In this document: in pieces, positions 54,711 through 64,000 of the stretch | Layout: each line of letters opens with the position of its first letter | Position numbering within the stretch: position 1 is the stretch's first letter | Origin: Pseudomonadota bacterium | GTDB taxonomy: Bacteria; Pseudomonadota; Alphaproteobacteria; Rhodobacterales; Rhodobacteraceae | Length of the DNA stretch: 64,000 nt | Direction: 5' to 3' | NCBI GenBank assembly: GCA_040385165.1 | Contig: JAZKHX010000002.1 | Location: forward strand, 310,370-374,369 | Made by a program: the position numbers and the translations under genes | The notes under the pieces: model-generated | Database searches by the model: none | What the model saw: the letters and a program-made list of their open reading frames with translations, nothing else | What the model was told of the DNA's origin: nothing

Positions 54711-57700
54711 ATGAGACACGCTGGTCAGCCGGACATAGTGACCGCAGAACCTGCGCGGGTCGAATTCCGCGTGGTCGAGCTGATGAACCGGCTCCTGGAC
54801 GTGACGCCCGCGACGATGGACGCCGAGATCGACGCCGTGCTTGCCACCATTGGCCAGGCCTACGGCTTTGACCGGACCTTCGTGTTCCGTTTCGACCACG
54901 TGCAGGGTTACATCAACACCCATGAGTGGGTCGCGCCCGGTGTCGCGGCGCACAAGGGGATACGGGACGCAGGCCAGTCCGAAACCCTGCGCCCCGAATG
55001 GCACCGGGCGTTGACTGCGGGCCGGATCGTGGCCGTGGGCGACCGCGACCAGCTGCCGGAAGGCAGCGCCGAACGGGAATTCCTGACCGAGATCGGCGTG
55101 AAGTCCTCGCTCAAGGTTCCTCTGGTCGATGGTGACCGGCTGTTCGGCGTGATCGGCTTCGATTGCGCCCGCCCGGACCGGTCCTGGGGAAAGGACGTCG
55201 TGTTCCTCCTGACCTCGATCGGTCGCGCGGTGTCCTCGGTCCTCTTGCGCATCGATGCCGCCCGGGCCGAGGCCGCCTCGCGCAGCCACCTTTCCGCTAC
55301 GCTGAACGCCCTGCCGGACCTCGTGATCGAACTTGCGCCCTCGGGCAGGATCGTTGCCTGTCATTCCGACAAGCTGCCCTGGCTGTCCGGCCTCGTCCAC
55401 GCCGGGATCGGCCGCCCGGTGCCCGAGGTGCTGCCCGAGGCGCTTGCAGGGCTTCTGGAGACCTTCCTCGCCGACCCGCCGGCTGACCACACCACCGTGA
55501 CCCGGCGCGTCGGCCTGTCGACACTGGTCTCGCCGCACCGCTACGAAGTCTCGGTGACCCGTCTCGATCCCTCGGCCCCGGGACAGGCTGCGAACCTTCT
55601 GGCGGTGATCCGCGACATCTCGGCGGCGGACCGCACCAGCGAAATGCTGTCGTTCCGCGAAGGTCAGTTCACCGCCTTCTTTGAAATGTGCCCGCATGCG
55701 ATCCTGGTGAACGATTTCGACACCGGCCGGATCGTCGACGGCAACCGCGCGTTCCGCGAAACCTTCGGGCTTGATCCCCAGGCCGGTCTCGACATGCAGG
55801 TCGAGCAGATCCTGCCGGCCGAAAGCCGGTGGCTGATCGACGGCTCCATCGCCGCGCTGAAGGTCACGCGCAGCTATGGCCCGGTCGAGGCTACGTTCCG
55901 TGGCGGCAGCGGGGCCGGATTTCCTGCCATCGTCCGCTGTTTTCTGAGCATCGATCCGAACGGCAAGCGTCTGGTCTGGTCCCTGATCGAGAACGTCCAG
56001 GAGATCCGCGCCAAGGAGGCGGCGCTTCAGGCCGAAAGCCGTGCCCTTGCCGCTACCAAGTCCCGCTTTCTCGCCGCGATCGAGGCGCTGGACGACGGGT
56101 TCGCTGTCTTTGACGCAGAGGACCGGCTGGTGCTGTGGAATGCGCCCTACGTAAGGGTCTTCGCGCAGATTGCCGATCAGATCCGCGAGGGCGCTCTCTA
56201 CGATGACCTCCTGCGCGAGGCGATTGCCCGCGGCGTCTTCGGGGCGGAAGGCGAACGTGACGATGCCAACCTGCAACGCCGTCTCGACCGCCCGTTGACC
56301 GAAGTGTGGGACAACGAGGATGAACTGGCCGACGGTCGGCTGATCTGGGTCCGGGAACGCGCCACCCCGTCGCGCGAAACCGTGGGCCTGTATGAGGATG
56401 TCACCGCCCGGCGTCTGGCTGATCGCCGCTTGCAGCAGGTGGTGAACGGAGGCGAGATCGCGGTCTGGGACTGGGACGTCGAACACGGCTTCAGCGCGAT
56501 CAACGACCGTTGGGGTGCGATGCTGGGCCTGGGGGCCGCAGTCAGTCTTGCAGACCTTGTCGAACTCATCCATCCCGAGGACCGCACGGCCGTCGCCGCC
56601 GCGCAACGGGAGATCTTCCTTGAAGGGGGCGACGATTTCAGCCTGCGCTGCCGGATGCGGCATGTGGACAACGGCTGGGTCTGGCTCCTGACCCGGGGCC
56701 ATGTCGCCCTGCGGTGGGCCGATGGCAGTCCCCGGCGCATCTCGGGCATTTCGCTCGATGTGTCCAACCAGGCCGAAGCGGAACAGCGGCTTGGTCAGGT
56801 GATCGACGGCGCGCAAGTCGGCACCTGGGAACACGATTTGCGCACAGGCATCACCCTTGTCAGCGACCGTTGGGCCGAGATTCTGGATTACCGCGCGGTC
56901 GAGCTGAACCCGATGCCGCTGGACCGCTGGCTGGGGATGCTGCATCCCGACGATGCCCGCGACCTGATCGACCACGAGAGGGAGTCCTTCGAGGCCGGAC
57001 AGTGGCAGGTCGAACACGAAGTGCGGCTGCGGCACCGGCAAGGCCACTGGGTCTGGGTTCTGACCCGTGCCCAGGTCGTCGAATGGGACGACGACGGCCG
57101 TCCGGTCAAGACCAGCGGCATCAATCTCGACATCAGCCCGGCCAAGGCGCTCGAATCCGCCCTGGCCCGAGAACGCGACACGCTGGCGCGGGTGATGGAA
57201 GCCTCGGTGTCTGGCATCGTCGTGGTCGACGAACGCGGCGGGGTGGTCTTCACCAATGCCGCAGCCGAAGGGGTGCTCGGGCGTCGTGTCGCACCCGGCA
57301 CCTGCCTGCTGGAGATCCTCAGCTCTGCCGACATTGCCGGGACGGACGGCCAGCCGGTGCGCGCCGAGGACCTGCCGGTGTCGCGCGCGCTTGCCGGTCA
57401 GCCCGGCATGCAGGCGATGCGCCATGACATCCACTGGCCCTCGGGTGAACGCCGGATGCTTGCGGTCACTTCGGCGCGGCTGTCCGAACCGGGCACCGAT
57501 CTGGCCGTGGTCTGCACCTTTACCGACATCACCGACGAGATGCAGAACGAGATCCGGCTTCGGGCCGCAATGACCGCGGCCGAAACGGCGAACCGGGCGA
57601 AGTCGGACTTTCTGGCCGCGATGAGCCATGAAATCCGCACCCCCCTGAACGGCGTTCTGGGCATGGCGACCGTGCTGGCCGGGCGGCTGACGGACGCCTC

Positions 57701-58718
57701 GGAACAGGCGATGGTCCAGGTGATCCGCGATTCGGGCGAACACCTTCTGGGCGTGATCAACGATATCCTCGACCTTGCCAGGATCGAGGCCGGTCGCCTC
57801 GTCCTTGATCAGGGGCCGATCCGGCTGCCAGACCTTTTGACGCGCGTGGCGGCGCTGCACCAGGTCGCGGCCGCCGAGAAGGGCATCTCGCTGACCACCC
57901 GCTGCATCGGCGGCAAGGCCGGGGACCTGCGCGAAGGCGACGAGATGCGCCTGATCCAGATCCTGCACAACCTGATCGGCAATGCGATCAAGTTCACCGA
58001 TGCGGGCTCGGTCGGCATCGAGATCGACTGCACCGCCCGCGACGCGATCGCGATCCGGGTCCGCGACACCGGAATCGGCATGTCGCAGGCCGAAATCGCG
58101 CGGGCCTTCGACGAATTCGCGCAAGGCATGGGCGGGTCGCGGCGCAGTCACGTCGGGACCGGGCTTGGCCTGCCGATCGTGCGCCGCCTTGCCCGGCTGA
58201 TGGGGGGCGATGTGGCGCTGACCTCGGTCGAAGGGCAGGGCGTGACCGCCCGGGTCTGGCTGAAGATCCCCGTGCTGGAAACCGGAGCCGAGCGCGACGG
58301 CGACAGTGCGACCCTGCGTCTTCCGGCGATGACGGTGCTTGCGGCAGAAGACAACGCGACGAACCGGATCATCCTGCAAAGCATGCTGCAATCGCTGGGC
58401 GTCGAAACGGTGATCGTCGAGGACGGTCCCGAAGCCCTTGACCGCTTCCGCAGCGGGACTTTCGATGCCGTGCTGCTGGACATCGCGATGCCGGGGATGG
58501 ACGGGATCGAGACGCTGGCCGCCCTCCATGATCTCGCCCGCGCGACCGGCAAGGAGATGCCGCCCGCCGTCGCCGTCACCGCGAATGTGATGACGCACCA
58601 GGTCGACGACTATCTTGGTCAGGGCTTCGCTGCGGTCGTGGCCAAGCCGATCCGGCTCGAGATGCTGGGCCATGCGCTTGCGCTTTGCGTGTCAGCGGCG
58701 CGCGTGGGTCAGGCCTGA
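54711..58718 (+). CDS. soluble hybrid sensor histidine kinase / response regulator (GAF, multiple PAS, HisKA, HATPase, REC)
   Basis: H-box SHEIRTPLNG (His codon 57627-57629). N/G boxes NLIGNAIKFT and GTGLGL. REC domain VLLDIAMPGMDG (Asp 58479-58481). No TM segment. ATG 54711 preferred over track TTG 54696. Confidence 0.9.
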   Translation: MRHAGQPDIVTAEPARVEFRVVELMNRLLDVTPATMDAEIDAVLATIGQAYGFDRTFVFRFDHVQGYINTHEWVAPGVAAHKGIRDAGQSETLRPEWHRALTAGRIVAVGDRDQLPEGSAEREFLTEIGVKSSLKVPLVDGDRLFGVIGFDCARPDRSWGKDVVFLLTSIGRAVSSVLLRIDAARAEAASRSHLSATLNALPDLVIELAPSGRIVACHSDKLPWLSGLVHAGIGRPVPEVLPEALAGLLETFLADPPADHTTVTRRVGLSTLVSPHRYEVSVTRLDPSAPGQAANLLAVIRDISAADRTSEMLSFREGQFTAFFEMCPHAILVNDFDTGRIVDGNRAFRETFGLDPQAGLDMQVEQILPAESRWLIDGSIAALKVTRSYGPVEATFRGGSGAGFPAIVRCFLSIDPNGKRLVWSLIENVQEIRAKEAALQAESRALAATKSRFLAAIEALDDGFAVFDAEDRLVLWNAPYVRVFAQIADQIREGALYDDLLREAIARGVFGAEGERDDANLQRRLDRPLTEVWDNEDELADGRLIWVRERATPSRETVGLYEDVTARRLADRRLQQVVNGGEIAVWDWDVEHGFSAINDRWGAMLGLGAAVSLADLVELIHPEDRTAVAAAQREIFLEGGDDFSLRCRMRHVDNGWVWLLTRGHVALRWADGSPRRISGISLDVSNQAEAEQRLGQVIDGAQVGTWEHDLRTGITLVSDRWAEILDYRAVELNPMPLDRWLGMLHPDDARDLIDHERESFEAGQWQVEHEVRLRHRQGHWVWVLTRAQVVEWDDDGRPVKTSGINLDISPAKALESALARERDTLARVMEASVSGIVVVDERGGVVFTNAAAEGVLGRRVAPGTCLLEILSSADIAGTDGQPVRAEDLPVSRALAGQPGMQAMRHDIHWPSGERRMLAVTSARLSEPGTDLAVVCTFTDITDEMQNEIRLRAAMTAAETANRAKSDFLAAMSHEIRTPLNGVLGMATVLAGRLTDASEQAMVQVIRDSGEHLLGVINDILDLARIEAGRLVLDQGPIRLPDLLTRVAALHQVAAAEKGISLTTRCIGGKAGDLREGDEMRLIQILHNLIGNAIKFTDAGSVGIEIDCTARDAIAIRVRDTGIGMSQAEIARAFDEFAQGMGGSRRSHVGTGLGLPIVRRLARLMGGDVALTSVEGQGVTARVWLKIPVLETGAERDGDSATLRLPAMTVLAAEDNATNRIILQSMLQSLGVETVIVEDGPEALDRFRSGTFDAVLLDIAMPGMDGIETLAALHDLARATGKEMPPAVAVTANVMTHQVDDYLGQGFAAVVAKPIRLEMLGHALALCVSAARVGQA

Positions 58719-58798
58719 CTGCCCAGTCCGAATTCGCTTTGACAGCTTCAGTTTCGCGCCCCATGCTTGGTCCGCATTTGACGTGGCGGAACGGGGAC

Positions 58799-59677
58799 AT
58801 GACCGAACGGACCGATCCCCTTACGCGGGCTCTGGCGCTGCCGATCTGGCAGGGACCGGCTACGGCCGTGCCCCTGGGCGGCGGTATCACCAACCTCAAC
58901 GTGCTGGTCACCGACGCCGCCCGCCGCGCCGTGGTCCGTATCGGCGACGACATCCCGGTTCACCAGATCATGCGCTTCAACGAGCTTGCTGCCAGTCGCG
59001 CCGCCCATGCTGTCGGCATCTCGCCTGCCGTGCTTCACCACGAACCGGGTGCGCTGGTGATCGACTTCATCGACGGCCGCACCCTGACGGCCGCCGATCT
59101 GCGCGAACCGTCCATGCTGGCGCAGGCTCTCGACCTTGTCCGGCGTGCCCACCGTGACCTGCCCCGTGCCCTGCGTGGCCCGGCGCTGACCTTCTGGGTC
59201 TTCCAGACCCTGCGCGACTACGCCGCAACCCTTGCCGAAGGTGCCTCGCGCCACCAGACCTCACTTCCCGGACTTCTGGCCGAAGCCGAGGACCTGGAAC
59301 GGGCGGTCGGGCGGATCGACATGGTCTTCGGTCACAACGACCTTCTGCCCGGGAACTTCCTGCATGACGGCAGCCGCATGTGGCTGATCGACTGGGATTA
59401 TGCCGGCTGGGGCTCGCCTCTGTTCGACCTGGGCGGACTTGCGGCCAACGCGGGCCTTGATGCCGCGCAGGAGGCCTGGGTTCTGAAAGCCTATTTCGGC
59501 CAGTCCCCCGATGCCGATCTCTGGCACCGTTACCGCGCGATGAAGGCGGCGGCGGCCCTGCGTGAGGCGATGTGGTCCATGGTGCAAGAGATCCACTCGG
59601 ACCTCGACTTCGACTACAAGGCCTACACCGCCCAGTATCTTGACACCTACCGATCGGCGCTGGCAGCCCTGCGCTGA
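58799..59677 (+). CDS. choline/ethanolamine-kinase-like phosphotransferase (APH fold)
   Basis: Trimmed to ATG 58799. [10 protein letters not shown] and LIDWDYAG motifs. Confidence 0.75.
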   Translation: MTERTDPLTRALALPIWQGPATAVPLGGGITNLNVLVTDAARRAVVRIGDDIPVHQIMRFNELAASRAAHAVGISPAVLHHEPGALVIDFIDGRTLTAADLREPSMLAQALDLVRRAHRDLPRALRGPALTFWVFQTLRDYAATLAEGASRHQTSLPGLLAEAEDLERAVGRIDMVFGHNDLLPGNFLHDGSRMWLIDWDYAGWGSPLFDLGGLAANAGLDAAQEAWVLKAYFGQSPDADLWHRYRAMKAAAALREAMWSMVQEIHSDLDFDYKAYTAQYLDTYRSALAALR

Positions 59678-60531
59678 CCCACGGCCCGCGCGAGGGCGCA
59701 GAAGCCGTCCAGCCCGATCTCCTCGGCCCGGGCGGTGGGCGGGATGCCGACGCCGTCCAGGACCGCCTCGATCCCCGGGGTCAACCCCTTCAGGCTGGCC
59801 CGCAGCATCTTGCGGCGCTGGTTGAAGGCCATCGCCGTGACCCGCTGCAGAACACTGAAATCACAGGGAAAGCGTGGCTCGGCCAGGGCGGTCAGCTGCA
59901 CCACCGCCGAATGCACCTTGGGGGCGGGAGTGAAGGCTTCGGGCGGCAGCGTCATCACGATCCGCGCCTCGCAGCGATACTGCGCCAGAAGCGCCAGCCG
60001 CCCGTAATGCTCGGTCCGGGGTTTTGCGACGATCCGCTCGGCCACCTCCTTCTGGAACATCAGCGTCAGCGACGACCACAGGGGCGGCCAGGCCACGGGT
60101 GTCAGCCAGCGGATCAGGAGCTCGGTTCCCACGTTGTAGGGCAGGTTGGCCACGATCTTGACTGGTGGGGTCAGATGCGCGGCAAGGTCCAGCTCCAGCG
60201 CGTCGCCGTGCAGCACCTCCAGCCGCCCGGGGTAGGCCGCCGCGATCTCGGCCAGGGCGGGCAGGGCGCGCGCGTCCTTCTCCACCGCCACCACCCGCCG
60301 CGCGCCTTCGGCCAGAAGCCCGCGGGTCAGACCCCCCGGACCCGGCCCCACCTCCAGGACATCGCTGCCCGAAAGATCCCCCGCCGCCCGTGCGATCTTG
60401 GCGGTCAGGTTCAGGTCCAGCAGGAAATTCTGCCCCAGCTGCTTTTTCGCCACCAGCTCGTGTGCCCTGATGACCTCGCGCAAGGGAGGCAGCCCGTCGA
60501 TCGTTCCCAAGACAACGCCCCCTTGCGCCAT
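59647..60531 (-). CDS. rsmA: 16S rRNA (adenine1518/1519-N6)-dimethyltransferase
   Basis: KKQLGQNFL and [15 protein letters not shown] motifs. 294 aa. Confidence 0.9.
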   Translation of the reverse strand: MAQGGVVLGTIDGLPPLREVIRAHELVAKKQLGQNFLLDLNLTAKIARAAGDLSGSDVLEVGPGPGGLTRGLLAEGARRVVAVEKDARALPALAEIAAAYPGRLEVLHGDALELDLAAHLTPPVKIVANLPYNVGTELLIRWLTPVAWPPLWSSLTLMFQKEVAERIVAKPRTEHYGRLALLAQYRCEARIVMTLPPEAFTPAPKVHSAVVQLTALAEPRFPCDFSVLQRVTAMAFNQRRKMLRASLKGLTPGIEAVLDGVGIPPTARAEEIGLDGFCALARAVGQRRAASADR

Positions 60532-60578
60532 GGCCAGAAGACCGTCCTAGCCCGTCGGGCCGGATTTGCCAAACAGCT

Positions 60579-61262
60579 TCAGACGATCCAGCGCGCCTCG
60601 TTCGCTTCGATGGCCGCGATCCGTTCGCCCGCCCCGGGATGGCTCAGAAGCCAGGCCGGGATGCCCTCGGCCCGGTTTGCCGTCAGCGCCTCCAGCTTGC
60701 GGAACAGGCTTTTCTGCGGCCCGGTCCCGATCCCCGCCTTGATCAAGAGGGCGGTTGCATAGGCATCCGCCTCGAACTCGTCCCGGCGGCTCAGCCGCGC
60801 CATCAGCGCCGTCGAGATCAGGTTCGCAATCCAGATGCCGATGAAGGGCAGGAACCGGTTCAGGACCGCCGACAGCATCACGAAAACCGCGTTCTGTCCG
60901 GTGAAGTCGATCATCCGTCGCCGCATGTGGCCCTGCGCGACATGCCCCATTTCATGCGCGATGACCGATGCCAGCTCCTCGGCCGTCACATCGCCCTGCA
61001 CCTTGCGGTTCAGAAAGCCGCGCGTGAGGAAGATCCGCCCGTCCGGGGCCGCGAGGCCGTTCACGGCATCGACCTCGAAGACATTGACCTCGATCTTCGG
61101 GATGCCCATGGCCCCGGCCATACGGTCGGCCAGCCGGACGATCGACGGATCAGTCAGCGGCTGCGAGTTCTGGTCCAGCATCTTCCGCGTGCGCCAGACC
61201 GAAAAGCGCATCATCAGGAAGGCGTAGGCCAGGACAAGGACGAGGGGGAGAAGCTTGGTCAT
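60579..61262 (-). CDS. M48-family zinc metallopeptidase
   Basis: N-terminal TM helix and HEMGH zinc motif. 227 aa. Confidence 0.85.
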   Translation of the reverse strand: MTKLLPLVLVLAYAFLMMRFSVWRTRKMLDQNSQPLTDPSIVRLADRMAGAMGIPKIEVNVFEVDAVNGLAAPDGRIFLTRGFLNRKVQGDVTAEELASVIAHEMGHVAQGHMRRRMIDFTGQNAVFVMLSAVLNRFLPFIGIWIANLISTALMARLSRRDEFEADAYATALLIKAGIGTGPQKSLFRKLEALTANRAEGIPAWLLSHPGAGERIAAIEANEARWIV

Positions 61263-61276
61263 GCCCGGCTATATAG

Positions 61277-61891
61277 TCAGCCGCCCCGGTCCCGCAAAGT
61301 GGCCTGTCCCGGGCCCGAGCTGAAAAGCCAGTAGCCCAGCACAAGAACCGCCGCAGCACCCCCGACCATGCCGAGTGCCGATCCCAGCGCCTGACCAGCC
61401 GCCTCGACATTTCCGGCAAAGCCATAGCCGGTGCCGACGTAAAGCCCGGCCCAGACGCTTTCACCCGCCACGCCGGCAGCGGTAAAGCGCGCCCAGCCAT
61501 ACGCAGAGCTGCCCGCGATCAGGTTGACGTAAGGCCCCAGCGGGCTGACCAGCCAGCGCGAGAAGAACACCGCCATCACGCCGCGCCTTTCGATGAATCC
61601 GTCCGCCCGGGTCAGCAGTTTGTCGCGCCCCGGGTCCGCCCGCAGACGCGACAGGGCCAGCGTGCCAAACCGGCGCCCGGCCCAATAGCCCAGCTGGTCC
61701 CCGGCGATGCCGCCTGCCGCCGCCGCGGCAAAGGTCTGCCACAGGACCAGATCGCCCGCTGCGGCAAAGCCGCCCGCAGTCAGCATCAGGATCGAGGCGG
61801 GAAAGGGCAACGCCAGACAGGACAGAAAGGTCGTCGCGGCCAGCAGCCACAGCCCGTATTGCGGGACCAGCGCCAGAAGCCAGTCGGTCAT
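61277..61891 (-). CDS. DedA-family membrane protein
   Basis: 204 aa. LPFPASILMLTAGGFAA and FFSRWLVSPLGPYVNLIAG are typical of DedA/SNARE-associated proteins. Confidence 0.85.
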   Translation of the reverse strand: MTDWLLALVPQYGLWLLAATTFLSCLALPFPASILMLTAGGFAAAGDLVLWQTFAAAAAGGIAGDQLGYWAGRRFGTLALSRLRADPGRDKLLTRADGFIERRGVMAVFFSRWLVSPLGPYVNLIAGSSAYGWARFTAAGVAGESVWAGLYVGTGYGFAGNVEAAGQALGSALGMVGGAAAVLVLGYWLFSSGPGQATLRDRGG

Positions 61892-62304
61892 TCCGCCTTG
61901 TCCTTCCCGCCGTCCGTTTCGCCATCCTTGTCGCCACGGCTTTTGTCGTCCTGCCGGGCAGCTTCTTGCGCACGCAGGGTCTGGATGGCGGCCTCGACTT
62001 GCGAGATCACCTCCGCTACCGGCACCCCCCGGTCCGCCGCGATCTCGCTCAAGGGTTGCGGGCGGCCTTTGACTTCGGGCAGCGGCAGGCCGGCGATGGC
62101 GTCAATCTCGCGTCCGTTCAGGTCCCAGGATCGCGCGACATAGCCCACGGTCATCCAGGGCTGGACCGCCTCTTCCTGATGTGCCGCCCAATAGACGGTT
62201 TGAACGACAAGACGGCCGGTAAAGAACAGGGTCGCAGCACAAGCCAGCAGGAAGGCCGAGGTCAGCCACGGACGCGCCCGCCACAGGCTCAGGATCCGGT
62301 TCAT
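61888..62304 (-). CDS. membrane-anchored hypothetical protein (138 aa)
   Basis: The last 138 codons of the track ORF. ATGA overlaps at both ends. One N-terminal TM helix and a charged C-terminal tail. Confidence 0.5.
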   Translation of the reverse strand: MNRILSLWRARPWLTSAFLLACAATLFFTGRLVVQTVYWAAHQEEAVQPWMTVGYVARSWDLNGREIDAIAGLPLPEVKGRPQPLSEIAADRGVPVAEVISQVEAAIQTLRAQEAARQDDKSRGDKDGETDGGKDKAE

Positions 62305-63482
62305 CGCAGCTCTTTCACCCCTCGCGCCAGCCCGTCCAGCGTCATCGGAACCATCCGCCCCTCGAAAATCTCGCGGATCAGCTGGGTCGACCGCGCATGG
62401 CCCCAGGCCCGCTCGTCGACCGGGTTGATCCAGACATGATACTGCCATTGCGCCCGGATCCGTCGCAGCCAGACCTCGCCCGCCTCGCGGTTCCAGTGTT
62501 CGTTGGCACCACCCGGATGCGTCACCTCGTAGGGCGACATCGCTGCGTCGCCCACGACGATCAGCCGCCAGTCCGGGCCGTAGGTGCGGATCAGGTCCCA
62601 GGTCGGGGTCTGATGCTCCCACCGGCGCCGGTTGTCGCGCCAGAGGCCCTCGTAGAGACAGTTGTGGAAATAGAAGACCTCCAGATGCCGGAACTCGGCC
62701 TTCGCGGCGGTGAACAGCTCCTCCATGATCCTGACATGGGGGTCCATCGATCCGCCGATGTCGAGGAAGAGAAGCACCTTCACCGCATTGCGCCGCTCAG
62801 GCCGCGTCTGCACATCCAGCCATCCTTGCGCCGCCGTCGCGCGGATCGTGCCGTCCAGGTCCAGCTCCTCGGCCGCCCCCTCGCGCGCCCAGCGGCGAAG
62901 GCGTCGCAGCGCCAGCTTCATTGTCCGCGTGCCGATTTCCGCATCGCCGTCCAGATTGCGGAACTCGCGCCGGTCCCAGACCTTGACCGCGCGCTGATGG
63001 CGGCTTTGGTCCTGCCCGATCCGGATGCCTTCGGGGTTGTAGCCATAGGCCCCGAACGGCGAGGTCCCCGCGGTGCCCACCCATTTCGACCCGCCCTGAT
63101 GCCGCCCCTTCTGCTCGGCCAGCCGCCGCCGCAGGGTCTCCATCAGCGTGTCGAACCCGCCAAGCGCCTGGATCGCCGCGCGTTCTTCGGCGGTCAAGTG
63201 CCGTTCGGCCAGCTTTTCCAGCCAGTCGCGCGGCAGGTCCAGCGCCTCCAGCACCTGCTCCGGCGTCACGCTGTCCAGCCCGGCGAAAGCCCGCGCAAAG
63301 GCGCGGTCGAAGCGGTCGATGTGGCGTTCGTCCTTGACCAAGGTCAGCCGGGCAAGGTGGTAGAAGCCCTCTGCGTCATAGATCACGAGGCCCGCCGCCA
63401 TCGCCTCCAGAAAGCTCAGGAACTCGCGCAGGGACACCGGCACCGCTTCTTCCCGCAAGGTCTGGAAGAAGGGCAGGAACAT
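62301..63482 (-). CDS. VWA-domain protein, CoxE-like
   Basis: Trimmed to ATG 63482. MFLPFFQTLREEAVPVSLREFLSFLEA N-terminus and VLLFLDIGGSMD MIDAS-like motif. Confidence 0.75.
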   Translation of the reverse strand: MFLPFFQTLREEAVPVSLREFLSFLEAMAAGLVIYDAEGFYHLARLTLVKDERHIDRFDRAFARAFAGLDSVTPEQVLEALDLPRDWLEKLAERHLTAEERAAIQALGGFDTLMETLRRRLAEQKGRHQGGSKWVGTAGTSPFGAYGYNPEGIRIGQDQSRHQRAVKVWDRREFRNLDGDAEIGTRTMKLALRRLRRWAREGAAEELDLDGTIRATAAQGWLDVQTRPERRNAVKVLLFLDIGGSMDPHVRIMEELFTAAKAEFRHLEVFYFHNCLYEGLWRDNRRRWEHQTPTWDLIRTYGPDWRLIVVGDAAMSPYEVTHPGGANEHWNREAGEVWLRRIRAQWQYHVWINPVDERAWGHARSTQLIREIFEGRMVPMTLDGLARGVKELR

Positions 63483-63487
63483 GCGGC

Positions 63488-63685
63488 TCAGCCCCGCAGC
63501 ATGCGGTCGAGATATAGGGTCAGAAACAGGCCGATCAGCCCGAAGATGATGGCATGGACAATCGCGTATTGCGCGATGTCGGCCACCTTGCCGCCACGCA
63601 GCCTTGCCCGCAGCCCGCCGCCGATTGCGCCCAGAACCAGACCGCCGATCACGAACATTTCGCCCCATTTCCGGGGCAGCGTCAC
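63488..63685 (-). CDS. small two-TM membrane protein
   Basis: 65 codons from GTG 63685 (or 56 from ATG 63658). Two hydrophobic helices. Tightly packed between neighbouring genes. Confidence 0.4.
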   Translation of the reverse strand: MTLPRKWGEMFVIGGLVLGAIGGGLRARLRGGKVADIAQYAIVHAIIFGLIGLFLTLYLDRMLRG

Positions 63686-63691
63686 TGCCCC

Positions 63692-64000
63692 TCAGCCCTT
63701 TTCACCCCGGTCCGCCACGGCCGCGATGTCGCGCGTCCGGGTCCGGACCATGCCGTCCGAGCCGAAGCCATAGCGCGCCCAGGGTGCGCTGTCCATGCGC
63801 AGCGCCGCCGCAGCCGACGGGTTGCCCAAAGCCTCCAGCGCCTCGGCCTTGATCAGCATCAGAGTCGCCAGAAGGGCCGCGTTCTCATGCGCGCGCACCA
63901 CCGGAATCGCGCGATCCGCCAGCCGCGCGGCCTCTTCGGCCCGTCCGCCCGCCAGCGCCATGACCGCGAGCTGCATGTCGACATGGGCCAGTTGCAGTTC
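63692..64000 (-). CDS. C-terminal part of a helical-repeat (TPR-like) protein; 5' end outside window
   Basis: The frame stays open to the window edge. Ala/Leu-rich helical repeat (AEEAARLADRAI..ALLATLMLIKAEALEALGNP). Confidence 0.4.
   Translation of the reverse strand, partial: ELQLAHVDMQLAVMALAGGRAEEAARLADRAIPVVRAHENAALLATLMLIKAEALEALGNPSAAAALRMDSAPWARYGFGSDGMVRTRTRDIAAVADRGEKG

Noticed and set aside
54654-58673. 1339-aa ORF on the minus strand, nearly as long as the histidine kinase gene it overlaps.
   Set aside because: It is exactly antisense to a CDS with unambiguous HisKA/HATPase/REC/PAS motifs. Its product is Arg/Gly/Pro/Asp-rich with no motif. This is a typical stop-poor shadow frame in high-GC DNA.

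Overview
This is a high-GC (roughly 65-67%) alphaproteobacterial chromosome segment that looks Rhodobacteraceae-like: the aa3 oxidase subunit I and a cytochrome c2 closely resemble Rhodobacter/Cereibacter proteins. I call about 70 protein genes and one tRNA-Leu(GAG). I saw no rRNA, CRISPR array, transposase, integrase or phage genes.

Most very long ORFs in the six-frame track are GC-driven antisense or out-of-frame shadows. I chose real genes by recognisable motifs, third-position GC and start-site context, and I trimmed many track starts to internal starts with a Shine-Dalgarno (SD) sequence or a 4-nt stop/start overlap.

Housekeeping content: folP (3' end), glmM, ilvC, carA, ctaD, cycA-like, lipB, holB, tatD, rsmA, plus a PotA-type ABC importer.

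Three accessory blocks deserve a second look:
1. A ~16-kb carbohydrate locus (30.3-46.0 kb). It joins an Sgc/Frv-like module with no assigned pathway (BtpA/SgcQ, M42, FGGY kinase, creatininase fold, TIM-barrel isomerase) to an aldo/keto reductase, a UxaA dehydratase, two FucU mutarotases and an ABC importer with a Tat-signal binding protein. A perfect 12-bp palindrome, CTAACATGTTAG, sits at four intergenic sites in this locus. It also reads as a -10 element (TAACAT) placed so that transcripts would begin exactly at an ATG. That gives a leaderless gntR, a leaderless permease and two leaderless mini-ORFs.
2. A six-gene translationally coupled envelope operon, GT2 / LAB_N / GT39 / PAP2 / GT39 / PAP2 (46.1-51.9 kb). 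I predict it replaces both lipid A phosphates with sugars.
3. An orphan MshEN (c-di-GMP receptor domain) fused to a processive GT2 synthase, with a perfect CtrA box upstream.

I also found a 43-codon Gln-rich ORF with its own SD and terminator that is absent from the track.

I found no recognisable defence, toxin or mobile system. Novelty of any block cannot be claimed without database searches, which I could not run.
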